From: Sphingomonas sp.
Lineage (GTDB): Bacteria > Pseudomonadota > Alphaproteobacteria > Sphingomonadales > Sphingomonadaceae
DNA: 63,227 nucleotides
Reading direction: 5' to 3'
Assembly (NCBI GenBank): GCA_025935515.1
Contig: JAICVC010000001.1
Location: 1 to 63,227, forward strand
Shown here: piece after piece, positions 18,837-28,573 of the stretch
Numbering within the stretch: position 1 is the stretch's first letter
How the letters are laid out: every line of letters starts with the position of its first letter
Position numbers and translations under genes: made by a program
Notes under the pieces: model-generated
The model's input: the letters and a program-made list of their open reading frames with translations, nothing else
What the model was told of the DNA's origin: nothing
The model's database searches: none

Positions 18837-20006
18837 TCAGCCGCGGTGGGTCCGAACCCATTCGCCCGGCGCGCCCCGCCGAGCCAGCCCGAGATAGAGC
18901 GGCAGCTTCCAGGCGAGGTAAAGCGGCACCTGGGCAAGCCGGCTCAGAGGGATGAACCGGGACCCGCCCGCACCCCACGCAGCGACGATCGCGACCGCGG
19001 CGAGAAACAGTGCCGCGCAAAGAACGACCAACGGCACCAGGCCGGCTCCGGAGATCAGGTAGACGAGTCCCGCGGCGGCGATCGCCGCGAGGTCCAAAGT
19101 CACCAGCAGTGCGATCGGCGGAATGAACAGGCTGAGACCGGTCCAAAGGCGCCGAACGTCGCCTCGCCGAACGCCCTTGAGGAGCAACGAGGGGCCCCAT
19201 CGCAGGGCGCCCTGGAGATAACCCCCTTCCCATCGGCGCCGCTGGTCCATGGTGTTTGTCTCGGCGGCGGGATCGGTCCACACGGCGGCATCCTCGACCA
19301 GGAGTGCGGGATGGCCGTCGTCGGCGAGATCGAGGCCCAGCTCCAAATCCTCGACGATGTTGCCGGTCGCCAGCTCGGCTTTGTCGAATAGCGCCCAGGG
19401 AAACGCCATCCCGGTGCCGAGAAGATGAACTCGCCCGGCGATTCGCTGGAGGGCGCGCTGCCGGACCACGTTCTTGATGAAGAATGCGAAGGTCGAAAGC
19501 TGCAGCAACGGGGAGCCGCCGACCGCGGGTTTTTGCAGATAGATCGCCTGGCATGGCCTGCCGGTTGCCGCGCAGGCGGCGATCAGGCGCTCGATGGAGT
19601 GCGGATCGGGCACGCAGTCCGCATCCATGATGATCGCCACATCGGGCGGCGCGTAGGCCAACCTCCGCTTGGCAAAATCGAGCGCAAACCCTTTGCCGCG
19701 CCGGTCGGAATCGAACCGCTCGACAACTTCGGCACCGGCGCGGCGCGCGAGTTCAGCGGTCGAATCCGTGCAATTGTCCGCAACGACTAGGATCGCGGCG
19801 CCGTTCGAGCGCTCCTTGAGCAGGGCCAGATTTTCGCCGACGACAGCTTCTTCATTGTGCGCCGGAACGATGATCACCGTGGCGATGGCGGCCGCCGCTG
19901 GTGCCGGTTGAGCGCGCAGCGCGCGGACTCCGCAGAGGAGCTCGACGGCGAAGCAGAGGGTCAGCAAGGTCAGCGGCGCCAGAATGAGCGCAATCAGGAT
20001 CGTCAC
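18837..20006 (-). CDS. Glycosyltransferase family 2, membrane-anchored
   Basis: VPAHNEE, ADNCTD, GKGFAL, DAD, VED, QRRRW. Confidence 0.9.
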   Translation of the reverse strand: MTILIALILAPLTLLTLCFAVELLCGVRALRAQPAPAAAAIATVIIVPAHNEEAVVGENLALLKERSNGAAILVVADNCTDSTAELARRAGAEVVERFDSDRRGKGFALDFAKRRLAYAPPDVAIIMDADCVPDPHSIERLIAACAATGRPCQAIYLQKPAVGGSPLLQLSTFAFFIKNVVRQRALQRIAGRVHLLGTGMAFPWALFDKAELATGNIVEDLELGLDLADDGHPALLVEDAAVWTDPAAETNTMDQRRRWEGGYLQGALRWGPSLLLKGVRRGDVRRLWTGLSLFIPPIALLVTLDLAAIAAAGLVYLISGAGLVPLVVLCAALFLAAVAIVAAWGAGGSRFIPLSRLAQVPLYLAWKLPLYLGLARRGAPGEWVRTHRG

Positions 20007-20145
20007 GCGACCAGCTTATCAAACATCCGCCGGGACATCGATTGCACTGGCGATTGGCCCCTCGTCCCAATCGGGGACTTAGGCAACTTGCGGCAAACTA
20101 ACGGAAAGTTTAGCGTGCCCGTGCAGCACAAGTGAGAGACCCGGC

Positions 20146-21045
20146 GTGAAATTCGAAAATCCAGCGTCGCTTGTGCAGGTCGCGGCTCCTATGTCCCGCC
20201 GGCTATTCGCGCCCGCCAATCTGGCGCTTTTGATCGGCTGTGTCGCGCTGGCGCTACCGACAATGCTGCAGGTCGCCCGCGACAGCTGGTCGACCGAGCA
20301 GGGCGGCCACGGGCCTCTCGTCCTCGCGACCGGGCTCTGGGCGCTTTGGCGCGAGCTCAAGGCGATGAAGGCCGAGCCGCGGCCCGGTAAGCTCGTGCCT
20401 TCCTTGCTCGGGCTTGCGGTTTCGCTCGGCATTTTCATCCTCGCGCGCATCACCGGGATTCTCGAGATCGAAGCCTTCGCGATGTACGGCGCGCTGGTCA
20501 CCGCGGCCTATCTGCTGGTCGGCCCGGCGGTCATCCGTTCGATCTGGTTCCCGCTGGTGTATCTCGCCTTCACGCTCCCGCCGCCCGACAGCGTGGTCGC
20601 CGCCGTCACCCAGCCGATCAAGATCGCCATTTCCTCCTGGGCGGTGTCGGTGCTCCATGCCCTCGGCTATCCCATCGCCAGCTCGGGCGTCACTATCCAG
20701 ATCGGGCAATATCAGCTTCTGGTCGCGGCCGCGTGCGCGGGCCTGAACTCGATCGTCACGCTGACCGCGCTTTGTCTCTTCTACGTCTATCTGCGCCATC
20801 GCTCGAATGCGATCGCGTTCGTCGTCATCTCGCTGGCTGCGATCCCGGTGGCGATTGTCTCGAACTTCGTACGAGTTCTCGTGCTCGTGCTCGTGACCTA
20901 TCATCTCGGCGATGCCGCGGCCCAGGGCTTTATCCACGACTTCGCGGGGCTCCTCATGTTCGCGATTGCGTTGCTGACCATCTTCGGCGTCGACAAGCTG
21001 GCAGCGCCGCTGTTCGGCGAGGGCCAACCGGCAGCGTCCTCATGA
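20146..21045 (+). CDS. xrtV: Exosortase V (PEP-CTERM sorting transpeptidase)
   Basis: GHGPLV, VAAACAGLNS (catalytic Cys), NFVR (Arg), FIHDFAG (His); multi-TM; adjacent to EpsI. Confidence 0.9.
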   Translation: MKFENPASLVQVAAPMSRRLFAPANLALLIGCVALALPTMLQVARDSWSTEQGGHGPLVLATGLWALWRELKAMKAEPRPGKLVPSLLGLAVSLGIFILARITGILEIEAFAMYGALVTAAYLLVGPAVIRSIWFPLVYLAFTLPPPDSVVAAVTQPIKIAISSWAVSVLHALGYPIASSGVTIQIGQYQLLVAAACAGLNSIVTLTALCLFYVYLRHRSNAIAFVVISLAAIPVAIVSNFVRVLVLVLVTYHLGDAAAQGFIHDFAGLLMFAIALLTIFGVDKLAAPLFGEGQPAASS

Positions 21046-21734
21046 AGCCCGTTTTCGACAATTTTGCGGAACCCACGACGGACCGGCGCAAGTTCATGCT
21101 CGGCCTGCTGTTTTGTTCGGCCGCTGGTGTCGCCGCCTGGCGCCAGCCCGACAAGCGGCTCGACTTTCTTGGAAAGGAAAAGCTCGAGGAACTGGTGCCA
21201 AAGAAGATGGGGCGCTGGAACTTTGTCGCTGCGAGCGGGCTCGTGGTGCCGCCGAACGACCAGCTCGCGGAGGCGGTCTACAGCCAACTCCTGACGCGGG
21301 TTTATTGGGACGGGCAGAATTCGCCGATCATGATGCTCCTCGCCCAGAGCGGCAATCAGACGGGCTTTCTCCAAATCCACCGGCCGGAAACCTGTTACAC
21401 GGCGAGCGGATACGCGATCTCGGCAGTCACTCCCCATGCGATTGCACTCGGATCGAAGACGGTGACTGCGAACAGCATGGAAGCAACCGCCGGCGGGCCG
21501 ACAGAGCACATCGTCTACTGGACCCGGGTCGGCAGCCAGATGCCGACCAACTGGGAGGAGCAGAAGCTGGCGGTCGCCGAGCAGAACCTGCGCGGCATCA
21601 TCCCCGACGCGATTCTCGTGCGCATCTCGACCGTCAGCAATGACCCTGCTGCGGCGCGGGCATCGATCGACAATTTCGTTCGGGCCATGATTGCAAGCGT
21701 CCGGCCCGACATGCGGCGGGTGTTCGTCGCCTGA
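21042..21734 (+). CDS. epsI: Exosortase-associated EpsI-family protein (V-type)
   Basis: ATGA overlap with the exosortase; Tat-like DRRKF; YSQLLTRVY, IHRPETCY, YWTRVG, PDAILVRIS. Confidence 0.85.
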   Translation: MKPVFDNFAEPTTDRRKFMLGLLFCSAAGVAAWRQPDKRLDFLGKEKLEELVPKKMGRWNFVAASGLVVPPNDQLAEAVYSQLLTRVYWDGQNSPIMMLLAQSGNQTGFLQIHRPETCYTASGYAISAVTPHAIALGSKTVTANSMEATAGGPTEHIVYWTRVGSQMPTNWEEQKLAVAEQNLRGIIPDAILVRISTVSNDPAAARASIDNFVRAMIASVRPDMRRVFVA

Positions 21735-21746
21735 GCCGCGGACGGC

Positions 21747-22001
21747 TCAAGCCCCGGGCCTGAACCTGAATGGCTTTAGGAAATAGATGATGAAGGCGAC
21801 CGTCGCGACCAAGATCGCGGTCGCGACAATGTGCTGACCGTGGTTGCCGAAATAGTTGGCGACCGCGCAACCGACCCCGGCGCCGAGATAGTAAAGCAGC
21901 GGCGCGTCCTTTTCCGCGCGGTCACCGGTGGACCGCTGCAAGAACAAGACAATCAACCCAGCGAAGATCGCCAGCGAGACCCAATCATAGACAGTTTCCA
22001 T
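21747..22001 (-). CDS. XrtV sorting system accessory membrane protein
   Basis: 84-aa hydrophobic protein METVYDW..FAGLIVLFLQRS...GCAVANYFGN next to xrtV/epsI. Confidence 0.78.
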   Translation of the reverse strand: METVYDWVSLAIFAGLIVLFLQRSTGDRAEKDAPLLYYLGAGVGCAVANYFGNHGQHIVATAILVATVAFIIYFLKPFRFRPGA

Positions 22002-22086
22002 GGAACCCTCCCGCGCGGCGCTTGCTCGAACGCCATATTCGTGCATGCTATGGCCCAAGCGGTTACATTTTCAACGGGACATCTCA

Positions 22087-22905
22087 ATGCGTCAGCGGAT
22101 CATCCTCACGCTCGTCGTCGCAATCATCGCGTCCTCCTGCCAGAAAAAGGCCGAAGGCCAGACGGTGGCAGTCGTCAACAATGAAGAGATTACCGCTGCC
22201 GAGCTCAACGATGCTCTGACCAGCGATAACAGCCTGACGGGCATGAGCACCAAGGACGCCCGCGCCGCCGAGCTTCAAAAGCTGATCGACCGCAAGCTGG
22301 TGGTCCAGCAGGCGCGGACCGATGGGCTCGATAAATCGCCGGAATTCGTAAATCAGCAGCGGCGCCTGACCGAAGACCTGCTAATCAACATGCTGGTCTC
22401 GAAGCGATTGAACACGTCGCAATTGCCTTCGGCGGATGAAATCAATCGGTACGAGGCGGGACACCCGGGTATCTTTGCCAACCGCGAGATCTGGACGCTC
22501 GACCAGATCATTTATCCTTTGTCCAAGGATGCCGCGCTCAATGCAAAGCTTGCCGCTGCCAAGTCACTCGATGAGGTTGCCCAGGCACTCACGGCCGGTG
22601 GAGTCCGCTTCACGCGCAACAACCGCAAGCTCGATTCGGCCCTTTTCCCGCAGCCGATCTATGCGCAGATCGCGGCCTTGCCGCCCGGCGAGCCGTTCAT
22701 TGCGCCTGGCCCGGACAAGGCCGTCGCCAGCGTCATCACCGCGCGCGAGGCGGCGCCGATCACCGGCAACCAGGCGCGCACCGTCGCGCTCGACGCAATG
22801 CGGAAGGAACAGGCCAACAAGTTGGTGCAGGAGCGCGTCAAGGATTTGCGGGCCAAGGCGAAGATCGAATATCAGCCGGGGTTCGGGCCGCCAGCCGGCA
22901 AATAG
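22087..22905 (+). CDS. EpsD-family SurA-like chaperone/PPIase lipoprotein
   Basis: IASSC lipobox, GQTVAVVNNEEIT..ELN, LIDRKL..Q.A...LDKSP, LRAKAKIEY. Confidence 0.82.
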   Translation: MRQRIILTLVVAIIASSCQKKAEGQTVAVVNNEEITAAELNDALTSDNSLTGMSTKDARAAELQKLIDRKLVVQQARTDGLDKSPEFVNQQRRLTEDLLINMLVSKRLNTSQLPSADEINRYEAGHPGIFANREIWTLDQIIYPLSKDAALNAKLAAAKSLDEVAQALTAGGVRFTRNNRKLDSALFPQPIYAQIAALPPGEPFIAPGPDKAVASVITAREAAPITGNQARTVALDAMRKEQANKLVQERVKDLRAKAKIEYQPGFGPPAGK

Positions 22906-22909
22906 CCCC

Positions 22910-23743
22910 CTAGTCCTCGGGCTCGGCCTCGGGGCTGGAGTAATATTGCGCGTAGCGGTCTTCGATGCCGTAGCCCTCGCTGACCAGCCCGCCGCGATAT
23001 TTATTCAGGACAATGCCCGCAAGCCGCTCATGGCCGAGCATGTCGACCGCTGCTTCTACCTCGCGCTGAGTGGTTCTCCCGTCCTGAGCGACGATCAGAT
23101 AACCGTCGAGCGATTCCATGATGATCGAGGCATCGTCGTTCGCGAATGCCGGCGGAAGATCGCAAATGAAATATTTGCGCTCGTCCGAATTTTGCATCGC
23201 CAGAAACAGGGCACTCGCACGGCCGCCGGCCAAAAGCTCGCCGGAGTGAACTTCACCCGCGACGCTCGGAATGATGATGAGGTCTTCGCCGCTAGGGGCG
23301 AAGCCTCTCAGCATCTCAGATGATTCGGTGTCATCCAGATAGTCGACGATCGTCTGGTCGGCCTCGAACCCGAAAATGTCCTTGATCGTGCCGCGCCGCA
23401 GGTCGAGATCGACAAGGTAGGTCTGAAAACGAGGATCGCGGCTCATTGCAGCGGCCACGTTGGCGGCAACGAAAGACTTCCCGACATTGGGCGTCGCGGA
23501 AACGATGCCCAGGCTTCGCCAACCGCGCTCGCGCTGCAGCGCCACCAGCTTGGACCGGATCAGGTTGAAGCTACGCGAACTTGCGTTGCGGCTGTCGAAA
23601 CCGTGGACCAGCCGCTGCCTCGCAGCCGCACTGCTCCACGGGAATTCCTCGGCTTGGCTGCGCGTAGGAAGAACCGGCGCGATTTTCACCTGCCTGACCT
23701 CCCCAGGAAGATTGGCCCGAGCGTCGAAGGGACTATGCTGCAA
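22910..23743 (-). CDS. CpsD/CapB family tyrosine kinase (Wzc kinase domain)
   Basis: SATPNVGKS Walker A, VDLDLR, DLPP, Tyr-rich tail YGIEDRYAQYY. Confidence 0.9.
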   Translation of the reverse strand: MQHSPFDARANLPGEVRQVKIAPVLPTRSQAEEFPWSSAAARQRLVHGFDSRNASSRSFNLIRSKLVALQRERGWRSLGIVSATPNVGKSFVAANVAAAMSRDPRFQTYLVDLDLRRGTIKDIFGFEADQTIVDYLDDTESSEMLRGFAPSGEDLIIIPSVAGEVHSGELLAGGRASALFLAMQNSDERKYFICDLPPAFANDDASIIMESLDGYLIVAQDGRTTQREVEAAVDMLGHERLAGIVLNKYRGGLVSEGYGIEDRYAQYYSSPEAEPED

Positions 23744-25160
23744 GCCGTTTCTCCCGCGAGAGGAAAGCGGGAAGGCGACGGGCGCGCAATTTCGGCTTGA
23801 GCAGCGGCACCACGCCGATCACCGGCAATCCCAGCTGCTCGATCTGCCGCGGGCTGCGCACGGGCCGCATCGCAAGCTCGAGCGCGAGCGCGAGCAGCAG
23901 CCCCAGGGCGAGCCCGGCGGCAGCTCCACCGGCAATCAGCTTCAGCCGATTGGGGGAATATGGCCGATCGGGCAGATTGGCCGGCTCGACCAGCGACAGC
24001 CGCTCGGCGCGTTGCTCGGTTGCCATTCGCGCGCTGTTCTGCGCCTTCAGCAGATTCTCCGAAATCTGCTGATATTGGTTGCGCAGCGTATTTGCGCGGC
24101 TTTCAAGCTGCATCGCCTGTTCCATGACCGCCGGCGCCCGCGCCTGCCCAGCCATCGCTGTGTTCACTCGCGCGAGGGTCGCATCGCGCTGTCCCATCAG
24201 CTGATGGATGGCAGCGTTGTTCGCGGCGATCTGATCCTGGATCACGCTTCCGTCGTCGGAATTCTGCTGCGTGATCTTGCGCAAGGCGTTCACCCGCTCC
24301 TTGGCCGCAATGACGTCAGGATGGGTGTCGTTATATCGGGCTTGGGCAGCCGCCAGAACGGCCTCTGCAGTCGCAAGTGCGTCGTTCCGCTGCGCCGGCC
24401 GCCGGCTCTGCGCGATAAGCTGGCGGTTTTCATTCTGGAGCGCGGTGATCTGAGCGCTGAAGCTGCCCGTATCGATCAAAGGCGGCGCGCCGCTGCTCGC
24501 CAGCGCCGCCCCGTTTCGCGCCTTTAGCCCGGTCAGCTCGCCTTCGATGGCCGAAATCTGACTCTGCAGCTTGTTCGCCTGGTCCTGGAGAAAGCGCACG
24601 GTCAGGCTCGCCTGATCTTCGACGTCCTGGCTGTCCATGCTGAGGAACTTGGTGACGAAGCTCTGCAGGACAGTCTGTGCCTTGGCCGGATCGGGATAGT
24701 CGAAGCTCATAGCGATTGCGACGGTACTGTTCTGCGTGCCCGATTGCTGCCCGATGTCGCTCGACAAGGCGGATACCACCGTGGCGTGCCGCATCTGCTC
24801 GATGACCTTGGAGAGAGGCTTCGATCGCCGTTCGTCCGGGTATAAATCGTTCTGTTCGATGAGCTGGATGAGATCGCCGCGGCTCAACACCTGCTCGCGG
24901 ATCCGCGCAATCCTTTGTTCGACCGCCCCGGTGGTTGGAGAATCGACGATGCTCGTCGGAAGGTCCTGCGATTGGACCAGCAGCGTTGCCGTCGATCGGT
25001 AGGTCCGAGGCAAGGCGAATGCCGCGATTGTTCCCGCCAGCAACAAGGCGATGAAACATGCGAGCACGTAAAAGCGGCGTTGCCACAGGATCACCGGCAG
25101 GTGGTTGACCATCCATGCCGGTGAGGAGCCATGACGCTCGCCAACCTCGGTTTCGATCAT
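23733..25160 (-). CDS. Polysaccharide co-polymerase (Wzz/GumC, Wzc N-terminal part)
   Basis: LWQRR followed by a TM, YRSTA, coiled coil, HPDV, PANLPDRPYSPNR followed by a TM, GLPVIGVVP. Confidence 0.9.
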   Translation of the reverse strand: MIETEVGERHGSSPAWMVNHLPVILWQRRFYVLACFIALLLAGTIAAFALPRTYRSTATLLVQSQDLPTSIVDSPTTGAVEQRIARIREQVLSRGDLIQLIEQNDLYPDERRSKPLSKVIEQMRHATVVSALSSDIGQQSGTQNSTVAIAMSFDYPDPAKAQTVLQSFVTKFLSMDSQDVEDQASLTVRFLQDQANKLQSQISAIEGELTGLKARNGAALASSGAPPLIDTGSFSAQITALQNENRQLIAQSRRPAQRNDALATAEAVLAAAQARYNDTHPDVIAAKERVNALRKITQQNSDDGSVIQDQIAANNAAIHQLMGQRDATLARVNTAMAGQARAPAVMEQAMQLESRANTLRNQYQQISENLLKAQNSARMATEQRAERLSLVEPANLPDRPYSPNRLKLIAGGAAAGLALGLLLALALELAMRPVRSPRQIEQLGLPVIGVVPLLKPKLRARRLPAFLSREKRLAA

Positions 25161-26404
25161 CGCAGGTCGCCCAGCCGGTAACGAATGAACAATGAGCCCG
25201 ATACGTCCGCCTTCGGGTCAGGGCCGCCCTGGGCGACTTTCCGGGTGGCGACGTTGGCGCCGCCGAACCAGCGGTTGCCGAGGTGCCTGGTGTAATCGGC
25301 GGCCGCGCGCAAATAAGTCGCGTGGGAGAAGGATTGCCCGGAGATGATCGAGAAGGGCCTCGAATAGCGGTTTGCGCTTACCGAGAATTGCAGCGTCTGG
25401 TCGGCGTCGAGACGGCGCGAGTAATCAAGGCCCGCGCTGACCGTCTTGGCCGGTCCGGCAACCGTTGCCGCCTCTTGCGACACCGCCGCATAGCCGCAGA
25501 AGCGGCTGCGCTCGCCGGCCGAACAAAGGTTCGCATTCGCCGCAAGCCCGGTGGAATGACGCGTGTCGGTTCCATCGTCGACTGCGGAAAAGGATACACC
25601 GATCCCGCCGCTGAAGGTGATGCGCTCCGCGAGCAAGGTCTGGATGGTCAGCTGCGGGGTCAAGATGCGGCTTTCAGCCGGCCCGTCATAATCGGTGAAC
25701 TGCGCGCCCAGCCGACCGCCAATCGTCGTGCGCGAGCTGATCTGCCGGTCATAACCGATCGACACCGGGATCGTCGTGAACTTCGTGTCGAAGCCCGCAT
25801 TCTTAAAGACGGAATGCTCGATGCCGGTCGAACCGGTGAGAAACTCCCGCGAGCTCAATGCCAGCTGCGCACCGACATGGGCGCTGGCACTGTACCGTCG
25901 TCCGGTAACCGAAAGAAAATCGCCGACCGGCGTGAGCAGTGGCGGCTGCGTCGCGCCCGGCGGGAGCGGAACGCCGGGCACCGAGATAATCCTCGTGTCG
26001 AGCTGGCCTCCCTTGTCGTAAGCGAAGTCGGCATCGCCGAAGACGCGGAGCTTTTCGCTCACGCGGGCGTCGTGGCGGGCATTGAGGTCGAACGACTGCT
26101 GCGCGCCATAATGGCGGGTATAAAAGCTGTTCTGGGCGAATGCCGAGAGCACCGTCGTCGTCCGGTCACTGACCCGCGTATGCACGCCGTGCACCGAGAT
26201 CCGTCCAAAACCGGCCCCACGACTATCGCCAAAGTCGAGATTGGGGTTGGTGGAATAGCCCGCGCCGGCTTCCAGATCGACATAGGTATAAGCACCGTTC
26301 GACGAGGAATCCCCAGTGGCGGTCGCCGATGGGGAAGGCGCCGTGCCCAAGGGCGCGGTCGCCGCCTGTGCCGCAAGGGCGGTGACGAACATCATTGCAC
26401 TCAT
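25157..26404 (-). CDS. Putative outer-membrane beta-barrel for EPS export
   Basis: Signal peptide, GYSTNP, alternating amphipathic strands, C-terminal FIRYRL; located between wza and the co-polymerase. Confidence 0.7.
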   Translation of the reverse strand: MSAMMFVTALAAQAATAPLGTAPSPSATATGDSSSNGAYTYVDLEAGAGYSTNPNLDFGDSRGAGFGRISVHGVHTRVSDRTTTVLSAFAQNSFYTRHYGAQQSFDLNARHDARVSEKLRVFGDADFAYDKGGQLDTRIISVPGVPLPPGATQPPLLTPVGDFLSVTGRRYSASAHVGAQLALSSREFLTGSTGIEHSVFKNAGFDTKFTTIPVSIGYDRQISSRTTIGGRLGAQFTDYDGPAESRILTPQLTIQTLLAERITFSGGIGVSFSAVDDGTDTRHSTGLAANANLCSAGERSRFCGYAAVSQEAATVAGPAKTVSAGLDYSRRLDADQTLQFSVSANRYSRPFSIISGQSFSHATYLRAAADYTRHLGNRWFGGANVATRKVAQGGPDPKADVSGSLFIRYRLGDLR

Positions 26405-27018
26405 CAGGGCACCACCATCGTATCGCCGCTTTCAATGCGTGGAATGTCGGCCGCGCTGAGGTTGGTCTCACCCCTGAGCGCGTCCTGGATCCGGACGAAC
26501 ACCACGTAGAGCCGATCGCCGGCCTTGCGGATGACTCTGATCGAACCGGTGTTCGCGAATTCCGACGGCCCTCCGGCAATCGCCAGCGCCTCGAGCGCAT
26601 TGACGTACCGGCCGGGCGTGAACGTTCCCGGGTTGCGGACCTTCCCGACCACCGAGAATTGATAGCCACTCGCCTTCTGCACGGAGACCGTGACTTGCGG
26701 GACCGGACCTTTGTACTGGGGCTGCAGCCCGGCCGTGATCACGCGCTCGATTTCGCCCGGCAGCCTGCCCGCCGCGTTGACCTGGCCGACCAGCGGGAAG
26801 GCGAACGTCCCGTCCGGAAGGACCAGGACGCTGCGCTGCAGCCGTTCGTCGCCCCACACCAGGATCTCGAGCTGATCGCCCGGATTGATCCGGTACGGTG
26901 AAGCGGCAACGGTCGCCGACCGCGGCACCGATAGTGGCGCCTGGGCCACAGTCTGCCCCGCGAAACTCAACAAGGCGCACCCGCTGAAAATGAGCGCCAA
27001 CCGCCGTCTGATCACCAC
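26404..27018 (-). CDS. Polysaccharide export protein (short OPX/Wza)
   Basis: YRINPGDQLEI.VW, VLPDGTFAFPLVG, V.GKVRNPG, ALAIAGG, ends ESGDTMVVP; start codon uncertain. Confidence 0.88.
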   Translation of the reverse strand: MVIRRRLALIFSGCALLSFAGQTVAQAPLSVPRSATVAASPYRINPGDQLEILVWGDERLQRSVLVLPDGTFAFPLVGQVNAAGRLPGEIERVITAGLQPQYKGPVPQVTVSVQKASGYQFSVVGKVRNPGTFTPGRYVNALEALAIAGGPSEFANTGSIRVIRKAGDRLYVVFVRIQDALRGETNLSAADIPRIESGDTMVVP

Positions 27019-27142
27019 TCCGTCCCCTTCTGAAACACTTTTCCCTGCGGACCAGTCCCGACGACCAGCGAGTCGCCACATCACTCTATTGCCTTGTTAA
27101 ATTTAGAAAAGGATAATCCCCGCCGCTGGAGTAGCCAATCTA

Positions 27143-28573
27143 ATGCCGTCGCCGCCGTATCTTATCCTGCGCATTGCCGCTTGCCTATCCGCGTCGTGCC
27201 TGGCGGCCGGCTGCAGCTCCGCGGACTCGCGGGCGGCGCAAGCGCTGGCGGCTTATCAAGCCGCCGCAGCGGCGAACGACCTCCCTGGCGCACGCGAGGC
27301 GCTGCTCAAGCTCGTCCGGGCCAAAGATGACGTTCCCGACTATTGGGTCGAGCTCGGCAAGCTCCAGGCGTCCGCCGGAAGCTATGGCGAGGCCTATTAT
27401 GCCTTCACGCGCGCCTATGAGCTGGACCGCAGCAACCCCGAACTGCTGCGGGCGATCACTGAGCTGGCCTTGCGCTCGGGTGATATCAACCTCGCCGAAA
27501 CCCATGCCCGGGAACTGGAGGTCGTTTCACCCGGCAATCCGTGGGTCAAGCTGACCGATGGCTGGGCCGCGGTCAGCGAATCCCATTACGATCAGGCGCT
27601 CGCGTTGAGCGATCAGGTGCTCGCGAGCTCGCCGTTCGATCCAGCAGCGACGATCCTCAAGACCCGTGCCTTGATGGGATTGAAACGCGACGCCGACGCG
27701 GAAGCCGTCCTTGCAAAGCAAGTAGAGGCGCAGCCTTCCGACGTCGGCAGTGCGATGGCTCTCGCAAGATTTTACCTCGGTCATGGAGATTGGGCGCGAG
27801 CAGCCGACATCGCGCGGCGCATCACGGCGCAGGTGCCCGGCGACCGAAACAGCGCACTGCTCCTGATCCAGGCGGCCTTCCGTTCGGGCAACATTGCCGA
27901 GGGTCGGTCGGCGTCGGCGCGAGTCCTGAAGCCCGACGCTGATCCGGCCCTGATCGCGTCGGTGCTCGATCTGTGGACCGATTATTGGCCCTCGGCGCAG
28001 CGATCGCAGGACGCTCGAAACCTGGCAGGAGCGTCCGCGAGCCTCGGTCAGAAGCTGATCTACGCCGCCTTCCTCAGCAACTGGGGAAGTGCGGCGGGCG
28101 CCGTGAGGCTGGTGGCGAGCTCGGCGACGCTTCCAGTCACTGCGAGCAGCGCCGAGGCCAATGCCGTTCTGGGCGACGCATTGTGGCGGCTGGGGAAGGC
28201 CAAGGAGTCGAAGAGCCGTCTCGATTCGGTCATCGCCTTCGATCCGGGGAATGCGACGGCTCTCCGTGCGCGGGCTGAGTTGGAGCTGCGCACCGGCAAT
28301 GCCGCTGCGGCAGTCATCGACGCCCAGAAGCTCATTACGGTGCTTCCACAATCGGCGCGGGATCGGCTTCTGCTCGCGCGCAGCTATACCGCTGCTGGCA
28401 ACTCCCGGTGGAGCGACCGCACGCTTTGGGCCGCATTTCAGGAGATTCCCGCGGACGAGCGAATTTACGCGGCGCTTCGGCTGACCAAAAAAGGTGACAG
28501 CGACGCAACGCGCAACCTCGATGAAGAGTTTGCGCGGCAGCGGGAAGCCCAGCTCAACCGGGGAATGCTGTGA
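27143..28573 (+). CDS. Tetratricopeptide-repeat lipoprotein
   Basis: LAAGC lipobox; repeated A...A...DP.N helical TPR pattern. Confidence 0.8.
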   Translation: MPSPPYLILRIAACLSASCLAAGCSSADSRAAQALAAYQAAAAANDLPGAREALLKLVRAKDDVPDYWVELGKLQASAGSYGEAYYAFTRAYELDRSNPELLRAITELALRSGDINLAETHARELEVVSPGNPWVKLTDGWAAVSESHYDQALALSDQVLASSPFDPAATILKTRALMGLKRDADAEAVLAKQVEAQPSDVGSAMALARFYLGHGDWARAADIARRITAQVPGDRNSALLLIQAAFRSGNIAEGRSASARVLKPDADPALIASVLDLWTDYWPSAQRSQDARNLAGASASLGQKLIYAAFLSNWGSAAGAVRLVASSATLPVTASSAEANAVLGDALWRLGKAKESKSRLDSVIAFDPGNATALRARAELELRTGNAAAAVIDAQKLITVLPQSARDRLLLARSYTAAGNSRWSDRTLWAAFQEIPADERIYAALRLTKKGDSDATRNLDEEFARQREAQLNRGML

